DNA of 64,000 bases, from assembly GCF_006345805.1 (NCBI RefSeq), contig NC_043019.1, positions 4,897,360 through 4,961,359 on the forward strand, written 5' to 3'. The translations under genes were made by a program, and so were the position numbers. The stretch is from Octopus sinensis (taxonomy: Eukaryota). Shown one piece after another: positions 36,308-49,306 of the stretch; position 1 is the first letter of the stretch, and each line of letters opens with the position of its first letter. Under the pieces are notes generated by a model. The model made no database searches. It was not told where the DNA came from and worked only from the letters and a program-made list of their open reading frames with translations.

Positions 36308-38062
36308 GAATAATATATAGTCTAATGACTAATTCGTTTTTTGTGCTAGGCCAATGGTAATAATAATTTATTATTGCCCTATGAATTATGTTTAAATATT
36401 GTTTGATAAATTTGTTCCATATTTTATGTATTTATACTGTGAAATTTGATTTAATCCTAAATCTAATTTTTCCCTGTAAGTTTGGAGCCATACTCCCTAA
36501 TATTATTATTATTATACGTATTGTAAAAGAGAAAAAGTCTCTGTCCTTAGACCTTTCGACTTGATAAAGTCAAAAGAGTTAAGGTCCTTCTGCCAGCAGT
36601 ACCTGCATCAACTTTTTCAAGTTCTCACCTGTCCTGATTCCACATAAAAAGCACTCAGTCCACTTTGCGGGGCTGTTTGTGTTAAGAAGGGCATCCAGCC
36701 ATAAAAACCTTGCTGAAACAGACACAGTAGCCTGGTATGGTCTTCTATCTGGCCGGCTCCTATCAAACCTTCCAACCCATGCCAGCATGGAAGGCAGATG
36801 TTAAACAATGATGGTGTGAATGTAGAGGGAGGTGCTGTCCACAAATCATCATCATCATCATCGTTTAACGTCCGTTTTCCATGCTGGCATGGGTTGGACA
36901 GTTCAACTGGGGTCTGGGAAGCCAGAAGGCTGCACCAGGCCCCAGTCTGATCTGGCAGTGTTTCTACGGCTGGATGCCCTTCCTAACGCCAACCACTCCG
37001 TGATTGTAGTGGGTGCTTTTTATGTGCCACCTGCACAGGTGCCAGACGAGGCTGGCAAACGGCCACGATCGGATGGTGCTTTTTATGTGCCACTGGCACG
37101 GGGGCCAGACGAGGCTGGCAACAACCCATTTGTTACTGTATTTCTGTTGAGATGCTCTGTATTTCTGTCAATCAATTTTAAATATAACAAGGAATTTAGT
37201 GAAACAACTTAGTTATCATTAAGCTGGTGCTAGGAACATAAATCGTGACTAAGACTTCGTGGAAGATTTTAATTCAAAACTTATGGAAACAAGACATTTG
37301 TACTACAGGGCTAAAGCCGGTTTCAGCCGAGTTGGTATCAAAAGGGTTAAAAGATAGGTGACAGTGGTAAAGATGGCAGGAGTGGATTGGACCCCTATAA
37401 GCTTGTAAATCAGACAAGGGCAGTTGAAATCAACTAATCCCCCTCCCCTTAAAATTGCTGGCCTTGTGCCACAAACTCATTTCTGAGTTTGAATCCTGCC
37501 ATGTTGAGCTTTGTCTTTCATTCCTCCAGGATCAATAAAATAAGGGGCCAGTCAAGTAATGGAACTGATTTAATCAATTAACTATCCTTGTGTCTATGTT
37601 AACGATAATTATTATTTGGTATTTCTTATGCTTTACCATGTTCTGGGTTCAAATCTCACTTAAATCAACTTCGCCTGTCATCTTGTCAAGCTTGATGAAA
37701 TAGAATACCTATTTCTTTACTACCCACAAGGGGCTAAACACAGAGGGGACAAACAAGGACAGACAAACGGATTGAGTCAATTATATCGACCCCAGTGCGT
37801 AACTGGTACTTATTTAATTGGCCCCGAAAGGATGAAAGGCAAAGTCGACCTCGGCGTAATTTGAACTCAGAACGTAATGACAGACGAAATACGGCTACGC
37901 ATTTCGCCCAGCGTGCTAACGTTTCTGCCAGCTCGCCGTCTTCCAAGCTTGATAAAATAGAATACCAGTCAAGTACTGGGACTTATATAAGTGACTAACT
38001 TCGTCCTCACAAATTTAGGCCATTATGTGTTGTTAAGTCACCTATCTCCTTCGACATTTCAG

Positions 38063-38204
38063 GCACAGCAAGTTTCGTGTTGTTTATGAAAACCAACGAC
38101 CAATCACAGGACTAGGTTTTCGTATATCAGGAAAGAACATAATTTTGTTTGTGGTCACTGAAACCAGTGTTGTGTCCATAAGCATCACCAGTAAGGATCA
38201 AAGG
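38063..38204 (+). CDS. VPS11: VPS11 exon 7 (HSKFRVVYENQRPITGLGFR...SKDQR)
   Basis: Acceptor tttcag, donor gtaagt; 142 nt; phase fits exon 6. Confidence 0.95.
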
Positions 38205-38612
38205 GTAAGTTTTTTGCTGCTGTTTAATCCCAGGTCTGCTCTGTTTGAGTAAACCTATTATGGAAAGTATTCCAACCATGACCATCTTGTCTTTTCTCCT
38301 TGTGTTCTGTTTCTTCAACCCTTGATATATATATATATGATTTCATTTTCTGGTTTTTCAACCTTCCACCTTTTATATACACACACTTCCTTCTTGCCTT
38401 TTCTCACTTTTTCTGTCATCCCATTTTTTAGTTCATTATGCCATGGGGGCAGTGCCTGATGATTGTGCTAGGACACCAGACATGTTAAAAAAACAGCTAG
38501 GAATGTTCTCACCACATGAAACTAATAGTAGCACATAAAAACATATATTGTGTCCACCAAATAATAATTATATACACATATGTATTGTATAATTGTTTCT
38601 TTTTCTTTGTAG

Positions 38613-38702
38613 ATAATTCTTGACCAATTTGGCTGTAAGGCTCGGTGTTCTGTTATGAGTGGTGTGACCCAGGACAATCAGCTTGTGCTTGGAAGATCCG
38701 AT
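38613..38702 (+). CDS. VPS11: VPS11 exon 8 (IILDQFGCKARCSVMSGVTQDNQLVLGRSD)
   Basis: Acceptor ttgtag, donor gtatgt; 90 nt. Human ELDTHGCGLRCSALSD. Confidence 0.93.
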
Positions 38703-38799
38703 GTATGTTTTTTTTTTTTGTTATAGTTTCCTTTGTGTTTTTGTGCCTATGTGTAGATTGTATGTTTTGTGCAGAGACACTGAAATATATTTAACAAGG

Positions 38800-39381
38800 G
38801 TGTCTTGGCATCACTCAGCAAGACTTTTGTTAGCCGCTCTCCAGCCATCTATTTAAAACTGTATACAGCTATGGTACGACCACACTTGGAATTCGCATCA
38901 TCAGTTTGGAACCCCTATCTTGCTCAGAACATTGACCTCCTGGAATCTGTCCAGAGACGTGCAACCAAACGCATACCCTCCATCAGACACCTACCATATT
39001 CTGAGCACCTTGTTTTCCTGGGCATGGATTCACTGAAGCTCTGGCGTCTGGCGACGGACTTGGTAAACACCCACAAAGTTATCAACCACCTCACCAACAA
39101 CAACACTGAACACCTTTTTGATCTCCATGTGTCTAACACACGTGGACATGCCTACAAAGTCAGAAAACAACACAGCTCCCATGACTTTCGGAAATATTTT
39201 TTCACGCTCAGAGTTGCTGAAGCATGGAATAAACTGCCTGCGTCAGTTGTTGACTGCCATGACACTGCATCCTTTAAGGCCCTCATGCTTTCCAAAATCC
39301 GCCGAAACTACACCTGATTATATATACACTTTAGATGAGTTGTAGTGCACCTGAGCACTGTACACAATTATTATTATTATT
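38800..39381 (+). mobile_element. CR1-clade LINE 3' end (ORF2 C-terminus + (ATT)n tail)
   Basis: LYTAMVRPHLEFASSVWNPY...LESVQRRATK...TRGHAYK...FFTLRVAEAWNKLP is a typical CR1 ORF2 C-terminus; ends gtgcacctgagcactgtacacaattattattatt. Confidence 0.92.
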
Positions 39382-40038
39382 AAAACCTGGGAGCTTCTCT
39401 CATCAGTTGCTTATTGGATGCCATCGTTCTGATGCCATGTGTGTGAATGAATAAATAATTAATTTTTGGGTTACTTACTTTTATCCGAGGGTCTATGAAT
39501 ATCAGGTGCACCAACCACTGGCTGACTAAACTATGATGTATATTTGTTTATTTGTTTCAGTCATTTGACTGCGGCCATGCTGGGGCACTGCCTTGAAGAA
39601 TTTTTAGTCAAATGAATCAACTCTGGTACTTATTTTTTAAACCTGATACTTATTCTATCAGACTCTTTTGCTGAACTAAGTTGCAGGGACACAAACACAC
39701 CATCACTGGTTGTCAAGCAGTGGTGGGGACCACACACACACACACACACACACATATACATATGTATCTCTATATATCTTATATAAAATTGGAGTTTTCT
39801 GTGTGTGTGTACAAAAATTTTAATGTACTTCAATAACTTCTACATCTTACATTCAATTTCTTTAAAATTTTATACACACCTGCTTCATTTTTTTTTTTTG
39901 CTGGGGGGTTTGTGGAAAGCATGGGGATGTACCAAAGCAAGATCAACCTATATTAATTGGAACCATAGATTGCGTGTGACTCATAAACCTTCTTGTAACT
40001 TAAACCGTTCAAAGGACAGGTGCGGTTGCTAGTATGTA

Positions 40039-40077
<39 letters not shown>

Positions 40078-40296
40078 CGGGAAGGTTTATGAAAATAAAC
40101 AAAAGACGAAAGCAGGTTTACGAAAAATAAATAAAAGACGAAGGCAGGTGGAGTACAAACAAACAATTGTATTAGTATGGCGCTCAGGAATAGAAATAAA
40201 ACAGGTCTTTTACGTTTCGAGCCTACGCTCTTCGACAGAAAGATACACAGAAAAGAAACAAGGAGAGAAAAAAATTGCGTGTAGGGGCTAACGATT

Positions 40297-40335
<39 letters not shown>

Positions 40336-40568
40336 CACACACACACACACACACACAAGAGAGAGTCAAAAATTATATGCACACTTGTTTTACACAAAAG
40401 CAGGGGATAAACAAGTGCATCATTTTTCTCTATAGTCTCCTTCCTTTTTGATGCACTTGGTCCAGCAGTCCACAGTGAGATTGAACCCAGAACCAAGTGG
40501 TTGGGAAGCAAGCTTCTTACCACACAGCCACGAATTCTTTTTCATACATATATATGCATTATTTGTAG

Positions 40569-40696
40569 GTCGTGTATTTCTATCAACCTGATGGCCGAGG
40601 TCCTTGTCTTGCACTGGAAGGAGAAAAACTGATGCTTGTTTGGTTCCGAGGATATTTAATCACAGTTCGACGTGAGAAACGTTCTTTGCCACCAAT
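40569..40696 (+). CDS. VPS11: VPS11 exon 9 (VVYFYQPDGRGPCLALEGEKLMLVWFRGYLI...)
   Basis: Acceptor ttgtag, donor gtaagt; 128 nt. Human VYLYQPDERGPCFAFEGHKLIAHWFRGYL. Confidence 0.97.
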
Positions 40697-42528
40697 GTAA
40701 GTAAACTTTCCCCTCGAATAATTTTGTTGGTGTTTTTTCTCTCTCTTGATGTTCTTTATTTACAAAAGTTAAATGGCCCAATGGAAAATTTTTTAATTTA
40801 CCTTCAATTTAACATCCAGGAATGTAAGTTTCTTATTTCTTTATTTCCCACAAGGGGCTAAACACAGAGGGGACAAACAAGGACAGACAAAGGGATTAAA
40901 CTGACTACATCGACCCCAGTGCATAACTGGTACTTAATTTATCAACCCCGAAAGGATGAAAGGCAAAGTCGACCTCGGAGGAATTTGAACTCAGAATGTA
41001 AAGATAGACGAAATACCACTAAATATTTCGCCCGGTGTGCTAACATTTCTGCCAGCTTGCTGCCTCCTGGCTTAGTGTAGGACAGTTCATTTTATTGCCC
41101 CTTAGTTCCTTTAGCCAAAAGGAAATAGCTACTAAGATTTCTGGATCGTTTATCTATGGTTGGCTATCATCTAATCCAAGGGTTAAGGGGTTTTAGACTG
41201 GCATGCAACACAACAACCTTCTACACATCTCACACCCAACCTTATGTTATTTCTTTTGCAAAGTTCTTGCTCTCCAAATCAACACTAAATTCTTCCCTGC
41301 TGGTCCTTCATCTGTCTTTACTATTCGTGTCGTCCAGGATGTGTTTGACACATTGATTGACTTTCTTCACCTACACATTCTCATTATTGCCTGAGAATCT
41401 GTCAGGTTTTTGAGATCTTGTCAATGTATGCCAAACTGAGAGAAGAAGTAAATACCTATTTCTTTACTACCCACAAGGGGCTAAACACAGAGGGGACAAA
41501 CAAGGACAGACAAACGGATTAAGTTGATTATATCGACCCCAGTGCGTAACTGGTACTTAATTTATCGACCCCGAAAGGATGAAAGGCAAAGTCAGAAGGT
41601 AATGGCAAAACTTCTGCTGATTCTTTCGCCACGACTTTCTCTCACTCTTTCCTCCTGCATCTTGCAGCTCACCTGCAACGGACTGGCGTCCCATCCAGGT
41701 GGGAAACCTATACGCGGAATTTGAACTCACAACGTAACGGCAGCCGAAATACCGCTAAGCATTTCGCCCGACGTACTAACAATTCTGCCAGCTCGCCGCC
41801 TTATGTAGAAGAAATAAATACCAAATAAATGTCCCCTCAACACACACACACACACACACACATACAGGTGTGTGTGTTCAGAGACATATGGATACATATA
41901 TGGTGGACTACTTTCTTTCAGTTTCCAGCTCCCAAATCCCCTCACAAGGCTTCGGTCAGTCTGGGGCATTTGCCCAAGATACCACAATGTTGGACTGAAC
42001 CCAAACCATCTGGTTGGTAAGCGTCATCATCACCATCATAGGCCCCTGGGCATATGGTGTAGTGGTTAAGAGCGCAGGCTACTAACCCCAAGATTCCGAG
42101 TTTGATTCCAAGCAGTAACCTGAACAATAGCAATTATAATAATAATAATAACAACATTGAAAAATACCTTAGGAATGAGGACCCAGGTTCAAAATTTCCC
42201 CAAGACACCTGAAGAAGGCTAGTCACCTACGTACGTTTTACAGTAAAAGAATATGTTTTAACTGGCAGAATCGTTAGCACACCGGGAGAAATGCTTAGTG
42301 GTATTTCATCTGCGGCTACGTTCCGAGTTCAAATTCCACCAAGGTCAACTTTGCCTTTCAGCCTTTCGGGGTCGATTAAATAAGTACCAGTTACGCACTG
42401 GGGTCGATATAATCGACTTAATCCGTTTGTCTGTCCTTGTCTGTCCCCTCTATGTTTAGCCCGTTGTGGGCAATAAAGAAAAAAATTATTATTATTATTA
42501 TTTTCTTTTATTCCCCTTTTCATTTCAG

Positions 42529-42670
42529 GAGTAACGATGGTCTTGAGATGAATATCGTAACCATTTACGACATTCAAAATAAATTCATAGCTTTCGTTGG
42601 ACCTTTCCCTGAAATCATCGATATTGTTTATGAATGGGGTTCAATATTCATTTTAGCTGGGGACAAAAGG
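42529..42670 (+). CDS. VPS11: VPS11 exon 10 (SNDGLEMNIVTIYDIQNKFIAF...EWGSIFILAGDKR)
   Basis: Acceptor tttcag, donor gtgagt; 142 nt. Human IYDLCNKFIAY...EWGSLYVL. Confidence 0.97.
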
Positions 42671-44549
42671 GTGAGTAGAATATCAAAATATACCTTAATT
42701 GAAATATGTCTACAATTTTGTCCTAATATTCTTTGTCTCCTTTTTTTTCATTGTTTTTCTACCTTCTTTGCATGTTGGTATTATGGTGGTCAAGCAGGAT
42801 TTTCTCAGAAAGTATCTTATATCAAGATATGTGGTTAGTCTTGCTAGTTTAACCATTTCGTTACTGTATTTATTTTGAGATGCTCTGTATTTCTTTGAAT
42901 TACTTTAAATATAACAAAGAATTTAGTAAAATTACTTAGTTATCATTCAGCTAGTGTTAGGAACATAAATTGTGACTAAGGTTTGGTGGAAGATTTTAAT
43001 TCAGAATTTTTGAAAACAAGACATTTGTACTCAGAGCCAGAGCTGGTTTCAGCCGGGTTGGTAATGAAAGGGTTAAAAGGTGACTTCATTGTGCTGGTGC
43101 CATGGAAATAGCACCCAGTACACTCTGAAAGTGGTTGGCGTTTGAAGGCCATTCATAGAAATCATTCAAAAGAATTGGAGCACGATGCAATCATCGGACC
43201 TGTCATTGGACTATCAAATTGTCCAATAATCCATACAAGTTCAGAGGTCAGACATTAAAGGATGATGATGATGATGATGATTTAACCCTTTAGCATTTAA
43301 AATGGTCATATCAGGCCAAAATATTCCGCCTTTTTTATATTCAAACTGGCCAGATTTAGCCCTTCACATCTACCCTACAGTTTCTTTCTAAAAATCTGAA
43401 ATCTGTAAGACAATATATGATTAATTCAAAACAATGTGGATGAGCAATACATTTGGAATACAAGCAATACATTTGATAGACTAATCTGAATGCTAAGGGA
43501 TTAAATCAGACGTCTTCATCCAGTTTCTTTACCCGTGGAGGCACATGGCTTAGTGGTTAGAGCAGCAGACTCACGGTCGAGGGATCGCAGGTTCAAATCT
43601 CAGACCGGACAATGTGTGTGTTTATGAGCGAAAACACCTAAACTTCACGCGGCTCCGGCAGAAGGTAATGGCGAAACTTCTGCTGATTCTTTCGCCACGA
43701 CTTTCTCTCACTCTTTCCTCCTGCATCTTGCTGCTCACCTGTGACGGACCGGCGTCCCATCCAGGTGGGGAACCTATATGCCGAGGAAACCGGAAAACCG
43801 GCCCTTACGAGCCAGGCATGGCTCAAAAAGGAACAAACAACGATTTTCTTTACCTATGGACCCCACTTTGATTCCTGTTTCACTCAGATTGACCCTAATA
43901 ACCATTGGATGTTTAAGAAATCATATTATATATCTTATAATTAAATATTACAATCATCATCATCATCATCATCATCATTTAGCGTCCGCTTTCCATGCTA
44001 GCATGGGTTGGACGGTTCAACTGGGGTCTGTGAAGCCAGAAGGCTGCATCAGGCCCAGTCTGATCTGGCAGTGTTTCTACGGCTGGATGCCCTTCCTAAC
44101 GCCAACCACTCCGTGAGTGTAGTGGGTGCTTTTTACGTGCCACCCGCACAGGTGCCAGACAGAGTTGGCAAACGGCCACAAACGGGTGGTGCTTTTACGT
44201 GCCACTGGCACGGGGCCAGGCGAGGCTGGCAACGGACACGAACAGATGGTGCTTTTACGTGTCACCGGCACGGAGGCCAGTCGGGGCGGCGCTGGCAACG
44301 GCTACGATCGGATGGTTCGCTTAACCACAGCTGCAATTTCTATTGATGCTGATCGACTTCAATTTTGGTTCTGCTTTCTGATATCTGTTAAATTATTTTG
44401 TGTATAACCAATTTATTGTAGGTAGATTTTGATAACAAAATCCCCCCTAAGGGCCAAGAAGAGCTCAAATGATAATCATTGGTTTAAATGAATGCCAAAG
44501 TATCTGATATTTTCAGATCGTTATATTTAATTCTTCTGTTTCTTTACAG

Positions 44550-44629
44550 TTTTATCAACTGATTGAGAAAGATACACAAACAAAATTAGATATTTTATTT
44601 CGTAAGAACCTTTACAACATAGCTATCAA
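44550..44629 (+). CDS. VPS11: VPS11 exon 11 (FYQLIEKDTQTKLDILFRKNLYNIAI)
   Basis: Acceptor ttacag, donor gtaagt; 80 nt. Human LQEKDTQTKLEMLFKKNLFEMAI. Confidence 0.97.
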
Positions 44630-45547
44630 GTAAGTAGGATTTTGCTTTCTTTTGTAAAATTTATATTTTCTTGTTTTTATTATTAGCATGACACAGCTGT
44701 GTGTGTGTGTGTGTGTGTGTGTACACTAGGAAGGGCATCCAGCCGTAGAAACCCTGCCAGAACAAATAATGGAGCCTGGTGCAGCTTCTGGCCTTATCAG
44801 CTCCAGTCAAACCATCCAGCCTATGCCAGCATGAAAAACGAATGTTAAATGATGATGATATTTAAACATTTTTTTCCCCTTAACTTAGTGGTTCAGCAAA
44901 AGAGACTAATAGAATAAGTGCCAGGCTTAACAAAAAATAAGTACTGGGATCGATTCATTCACTTAAAAGTTTTTCAAGGCAGTGCTCCAACATGGCCACA
45001 GTCTAATGACTAAGTAAAAGATACTTGTTTCAGTCATTTGACTGTGGCCATGCTGGAGCACCGCCTTTAGTCGAGCAAATCGACCCCAGGACTTATTCTT
45101 TGTAAGCCTATCATTCTATCGGTCTCTTTTGCCGAACCACTAAGTTACGGGGGCATAAACATACCAGCATCGGTTGTCAAACAATGTTGGGGGGCACAAA
45201 GACAAACACACAAACATATACACATACATCATCATCATCATCATCATCGTTTCCCATCTGCTTTCCATGCTAGCATGGGTTGGACGATTTTGACTGAGGG
45301 CTGGCGAACCAGATGGCTGCACCAGGCTCCAATCTTGATCTGGCAGAGTTTCTACAGCTGGATGCCCTTCCTAACGCCAACCACTCTGAGAGTGTAGTGG
45401 GTGCTTTTTACGTGCCACCGGCACGGGGGCCAGTCAGGCAGTACTGGCAATGACCTCGCTCGAATCTTTTACAATGGAATTCCAGTTCTAATAAAATTAC
45501 ATGTATTTGATTATATTTCTAAACTTTTTTTTTTCAATCTTCTGCAG

Positions 45548-45701
45548 TCTGGCAAAAAGCCAACATTATGACCAAGGTGGCTTGATAGATATCTTCACAC
45601 AGTATGGAGATCATTTATACAGTAAAGGAGACCATGATGGAGCAATTGAGCAATATATTAAAACTATTGGCAAGCTGGAGGCTTCGTATGTAATAAGAAA
45701 G
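45548..45701 (+). CDS. VPS11: VPS11 exon 12 (LAKSQHYDQGGLIDIFTQYGDHLYSKGDHDGAIEQYIKTIGKLEASYVIRK)
   Basis: Acceptor ctgcag, donor gtttgt; 154 nt. Near-identical to the human clathrin-repeat region. Confidence 0.98.
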
Positions 45702-46473
45702 GTTTGTGGCTTTCCACTATTAAGTCGGGAATGAATTATACTGTATAACACGATTTTTGCCCCTGGGTGGCAATTGTTATTCCTTATTTGCTGACCCCTA
45801 GAAAGTATGAAAAACGGCTAATGTTTCCTTCAGATTTTGCTTTTGTTACTTTTATTCAAACCCCAAAGAATCTCTCTCAACACATGGCTATGATGCTCCC
45901 CCACTACACCAGCTCATCAGAGATGCACATATTGTCAGCCACTAGGGGACTTGCTCAAGTGGTTATGGTCAAGCAACTGGTCAGCAAATCTGTAGTATTG
46001 AGCAGAATATTTTCTATAATGATATTTCTGCTTGAGCAACTCAGTGCTGAATCTGTCTGAAACGTAATGGAAAATAGGTCAGTTTGAAAACATTGATGTC
46101 CAGGTCACAAAAGTAAAGTTTAAAAGGAACAGCAGTCATTTCCTTTGATTTCTAGATAGATGCAAATAAAACAACACTTATTGACCAAAGACACAAAAAA
46201 AAAATATTTGTTATACCACTGTATAACAAATATTTTTTCTGCAAAGATTTCTTAATGCAATTATAAGCACCACATTAAGACCGGAATCATCAAAGGACGA
46301 CATTGGCATAATGAACATATTGTTAATGGATGGGGGTTAACATTTAATGTACCGGACAAAAAGATATTTAATCGATTTTAAGTTCTACAATTTGTAAAGA
46401 AAAAAATCCAATTTATTTGAAGATGTACTTACATAGCAAGTGACCTGATCTGAGATCGTGTGCTGGAACGAAA

Positions 46474-46762
46474 ACAATTGCAGCGTGGAAGATGTTTATA
46501 AAGCCATTTAAGAAACACACAAAACCGTTAGATTCACTTCAACATTTAAGTTTAATTTTCCAAAATATTTTCGTCGCTTTGTGACTGCGACCTGTTCACT
46601 GACAAAAACTTTGAGATGCAGCACGAAGTTTTGTCAGTGAACAGGTTGCGGTCTCAAAGCGACGAAAATATTTTGGAAAATTAAATTTAAATGTCGAAGT
46701 GAATCTAACGGTTTTTGTGTGTTTCTTAAATGGCTTATAAACACCTTCCACGCTGCAATTGT
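46474..46762. repeat. Fold-back element, ~136-bp arms (~95% identical), short loop
   Basis: ACAATTGCAGCGTGGAAG...CACTGACAAAA / TTTTGTCAGTG...CTTCCACGCTGCAATTGT; loop sequence recurs at ~29555-29580. Confidence 0.9.
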
Positions 46763-47052
46763 TCAATTTGTTTGTTATAACGATTAAGTGATCGGGGAGG
46801 GGGGAGAAAGCAATGGAGGCAACTTCGAAATCTCTGTTAATTAAAAATTGGAAGGGAACATTGAGTAGGGAGTGAGTTTGACCTTTTGCTGTGTACATAT
46901 GCTTTTTGAAACTGCTATAAAGTTTCAAATTCTTTGGGAGTTAAATTGACAAATAGAATTCAACCTTTCTTTTTGAAACCATTATGTTTATTACCTTTTT
47001 GTATTTGATTATTTAATTATATTTTTATTCTTTTTTTTTCTTTTCATTTCAG

Positions 47053-47199
47053 TTTTTGGATGCTCAAAGAATCCACAATCTTACTCGATATCTCCAAGCC
47101 TTACACAAACAGACTCTGGCCACTGAAGAGCACACCACACTTCTATTAAACTGCTACACTCGATTAAAAGATGTGTCAGAACTTGATAAATTCATTAAG
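47053..47199 (+). CDS. VPS11: VPS11 exon 13 (FLDAQRIHNLTRYLQALH...HTTLLLNCYTRLKD...FIK)
   Basis: Acceptor tttcag, donor gtaaaa; 147 nt. Diagnostic VPS11 motif FLDAQRIHNLT. Confidence 0.98.
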
Positions 47200-47270
47200 G
47201 TAAAATCATTAGAAAGAAGCAGAAACAGAGCTCACCTTGTTCAAATATGTCTCTAAAGTTCCTTCTAGAT

Positions 47271-47455
47271 CAGTGCTCCACAACAGGTGTGCCTCAGCAC
47301 ACTGGTGTGCCATGAGACGAAGCTAGGTGTGCCGCAGTGGAACCTGAATATAATTTCTTTCCCTATACTTTTAGTTGTGTTTTTAGTTCAGGTGTTCTAC
47401 CAAATTTTGAAAAGAATTTAAGTGTACCACAAGAGAAAAAAGGGTGTGGAGACTG
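47271..47455. mobile_element. hAT-like MITE; related fragment at ~34060-34150
   Basis: CAGTGCTCCACA...TGTGGAGACTG; flanks TTCTAGAT / TTCTACGT. Confidence 0.6.
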
Positions 47456-47622
47456 TTCTACGTAATTGCTTAATATGGTGGTGGTGGTGGTGGTGGTACT
47501 TCTGTTTCTTTTTCTTCTTCAACATGGGGTCTACTAAAGGAGCCACTAAGTTGTTGCTTAAACTGTTAGAAATAGCTACCAAATAGGTCTCATCGCATAC
47601 TATTATCTTAAAAAGAAGGACA

Positions 47623-48017
47623 TCTTTATATATAAAAGTGAAGTTGTGTGTCTGTCTCCTACAATTTAGATTCCTAACTACTCCCACATTTTGTGGTGCA
47701 GTTTAACCAAAACCGGGTATCTTATAGTCGTGATTCATATCGAGCCCTTTTGGGTATTAGCGCGCGTCTACGATGAGTCTACGATTTAAAAAAAATTTAC
47801 CATAATTTTTTCCCATTTTTAATGCATTTTTTTTGCTATTATATAAGGGAAGTAACTCGCGTCTACGATGAGTCTACGATTTAAAAAAAAATTTACCATA
47901 ATTTTTCCGCATTTTTAATGCATTTTCGCTCGGTTTATATAAGGGAAGTAGCTCTCTATAAATGCTTATATAGTTATTTCCCTTACAAATCCGAGCAACG
48001 CCGGGCGATACTGCTAG
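47623..48017 (+). mobile_element. Non-autonomous Helitron family H1 with internal ~95-bp tandem duplication
   Basis: A|TC...CCCG/CCGAGCAACGCCGGG hairpin...CTAG|T termini. Confidence 0.85.
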
Positions 48018-48318
48018 TATTATGATAATGTAATCCTAGATCCACTATATCATTGCTGGAATACGTCTGGTAATAGATGTACTCAATAAGAACTGCGCTT
48101 GGTGATTCACAGAATGAGAGCTGCCCCTTGGTGATTAACTGAAGCAGAACTTGTCAAGAACTAGAACAACATCAATTAATCCTTTAGCATTTAAAGTACT
48201 CTTTCAAATATAATAATGCTTGTTTATTCCTGTTGTTTTGAATTAATCCTGCACTATTCTCATTGTTTTGGGATCTCAATGATGTGGTTGATTATTTTTA
48301 GAATGACATCATAGAGTA

Positions 48319-48577
48319 TATAAAAAAAATGTTCCTTCTCGAGCCATGCCAGGCTCATAAGGACTGGTTTCCGGTTTCAGTGGCGTAAAAATTCCCCCAC
48401 CTGGACGGGACACCGGTCCGTCGCAGGATTACTCACTTTTGCCAGCTGAGTGAACTGGAGCAACGTGAAATGAAGTGCTTTGCTCAAGAACACAACGCGT
48501 CGCCCAGTCCAGGAATCGAAACCACAACCTTACGATCATGAGTTCAACAGCCTAACCACTAAGCCACGCGCTTCCAC
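48319..48577 (-). mobile_element. SINE (family D type) nested in a piggyBac MITE with 13-bp TSD ACATCATAGAGTA
   Basis: TSD at 48306-48318 / 48578-48590. Confidence 0.88.
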
Positions 48578-49114
48578 ACATCATAGAGTAGGTGTGAGAG
48601 GCTAGATCTGGCTGGTTTGAACATAAAACAGGTAGAATATTTTGGCTGGCTTGAATGCTAAAGGATTAGACCTTATTCGGAATACATAGAAGATCAACTT
48701 GTCTAGAGAGAGTTTTATCTCATCTGCATGATTCCATAAAACAGAAATAAAGCCTTAGTTTAAAAGACTGATGGACCTTAAAGATACATCTACATTTGTC
48801 TATCTACAGAACATAAATGGGCAGTTTGCTTATGTAGAGTTGATCAGGAACTACAGTGACTGCTTGAGAATGTGTGGGGTTAACAGAGGTGTTAGAAATA
48901 GTAGCTGAATTTCTCTCAGGTGATACACAAACATCTTTAAAAAAGGCAGGGGAACGAATCCATTGGATAGTATAACTTTTAGACATACAAAAATATGGGA
49001 TGGTCACAGGCGGAATGTCTGTTCATTGAGTTGATCTGGGGATTATACTACTACTACTACTGCTACTACTACAAAATCAGCAATTAAATTAAAAGCTTTT
49101 CTTTTTGTTTGCAG

Positions 49115-49306
49115 ACAAAAGACAGGGAAGTTGATTTTGATGTTGAAACTGCCATCAAAGTGTGTCGACAGGCTGGCTATTATGAACATGCCTTATTTCT
49201 GGCTGATAAATACAACATCCACAAATGGTACCTGAAAATCCAGTTGGAAGATATCAAAGATTTCAAGAAAGCACTGGAATACATTGGCAAACTTAGCTTT
49301 GCAGAG
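49115..49306 (+). CDS. VPS11: VPS11 exon 14 (TKDREVDFDVETAIKVCRQAGYY...YIGKLSFAE)
   Basis: Acceptor ttgcag, donor gtaatt; 192 nt. Confidence 0.98.
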
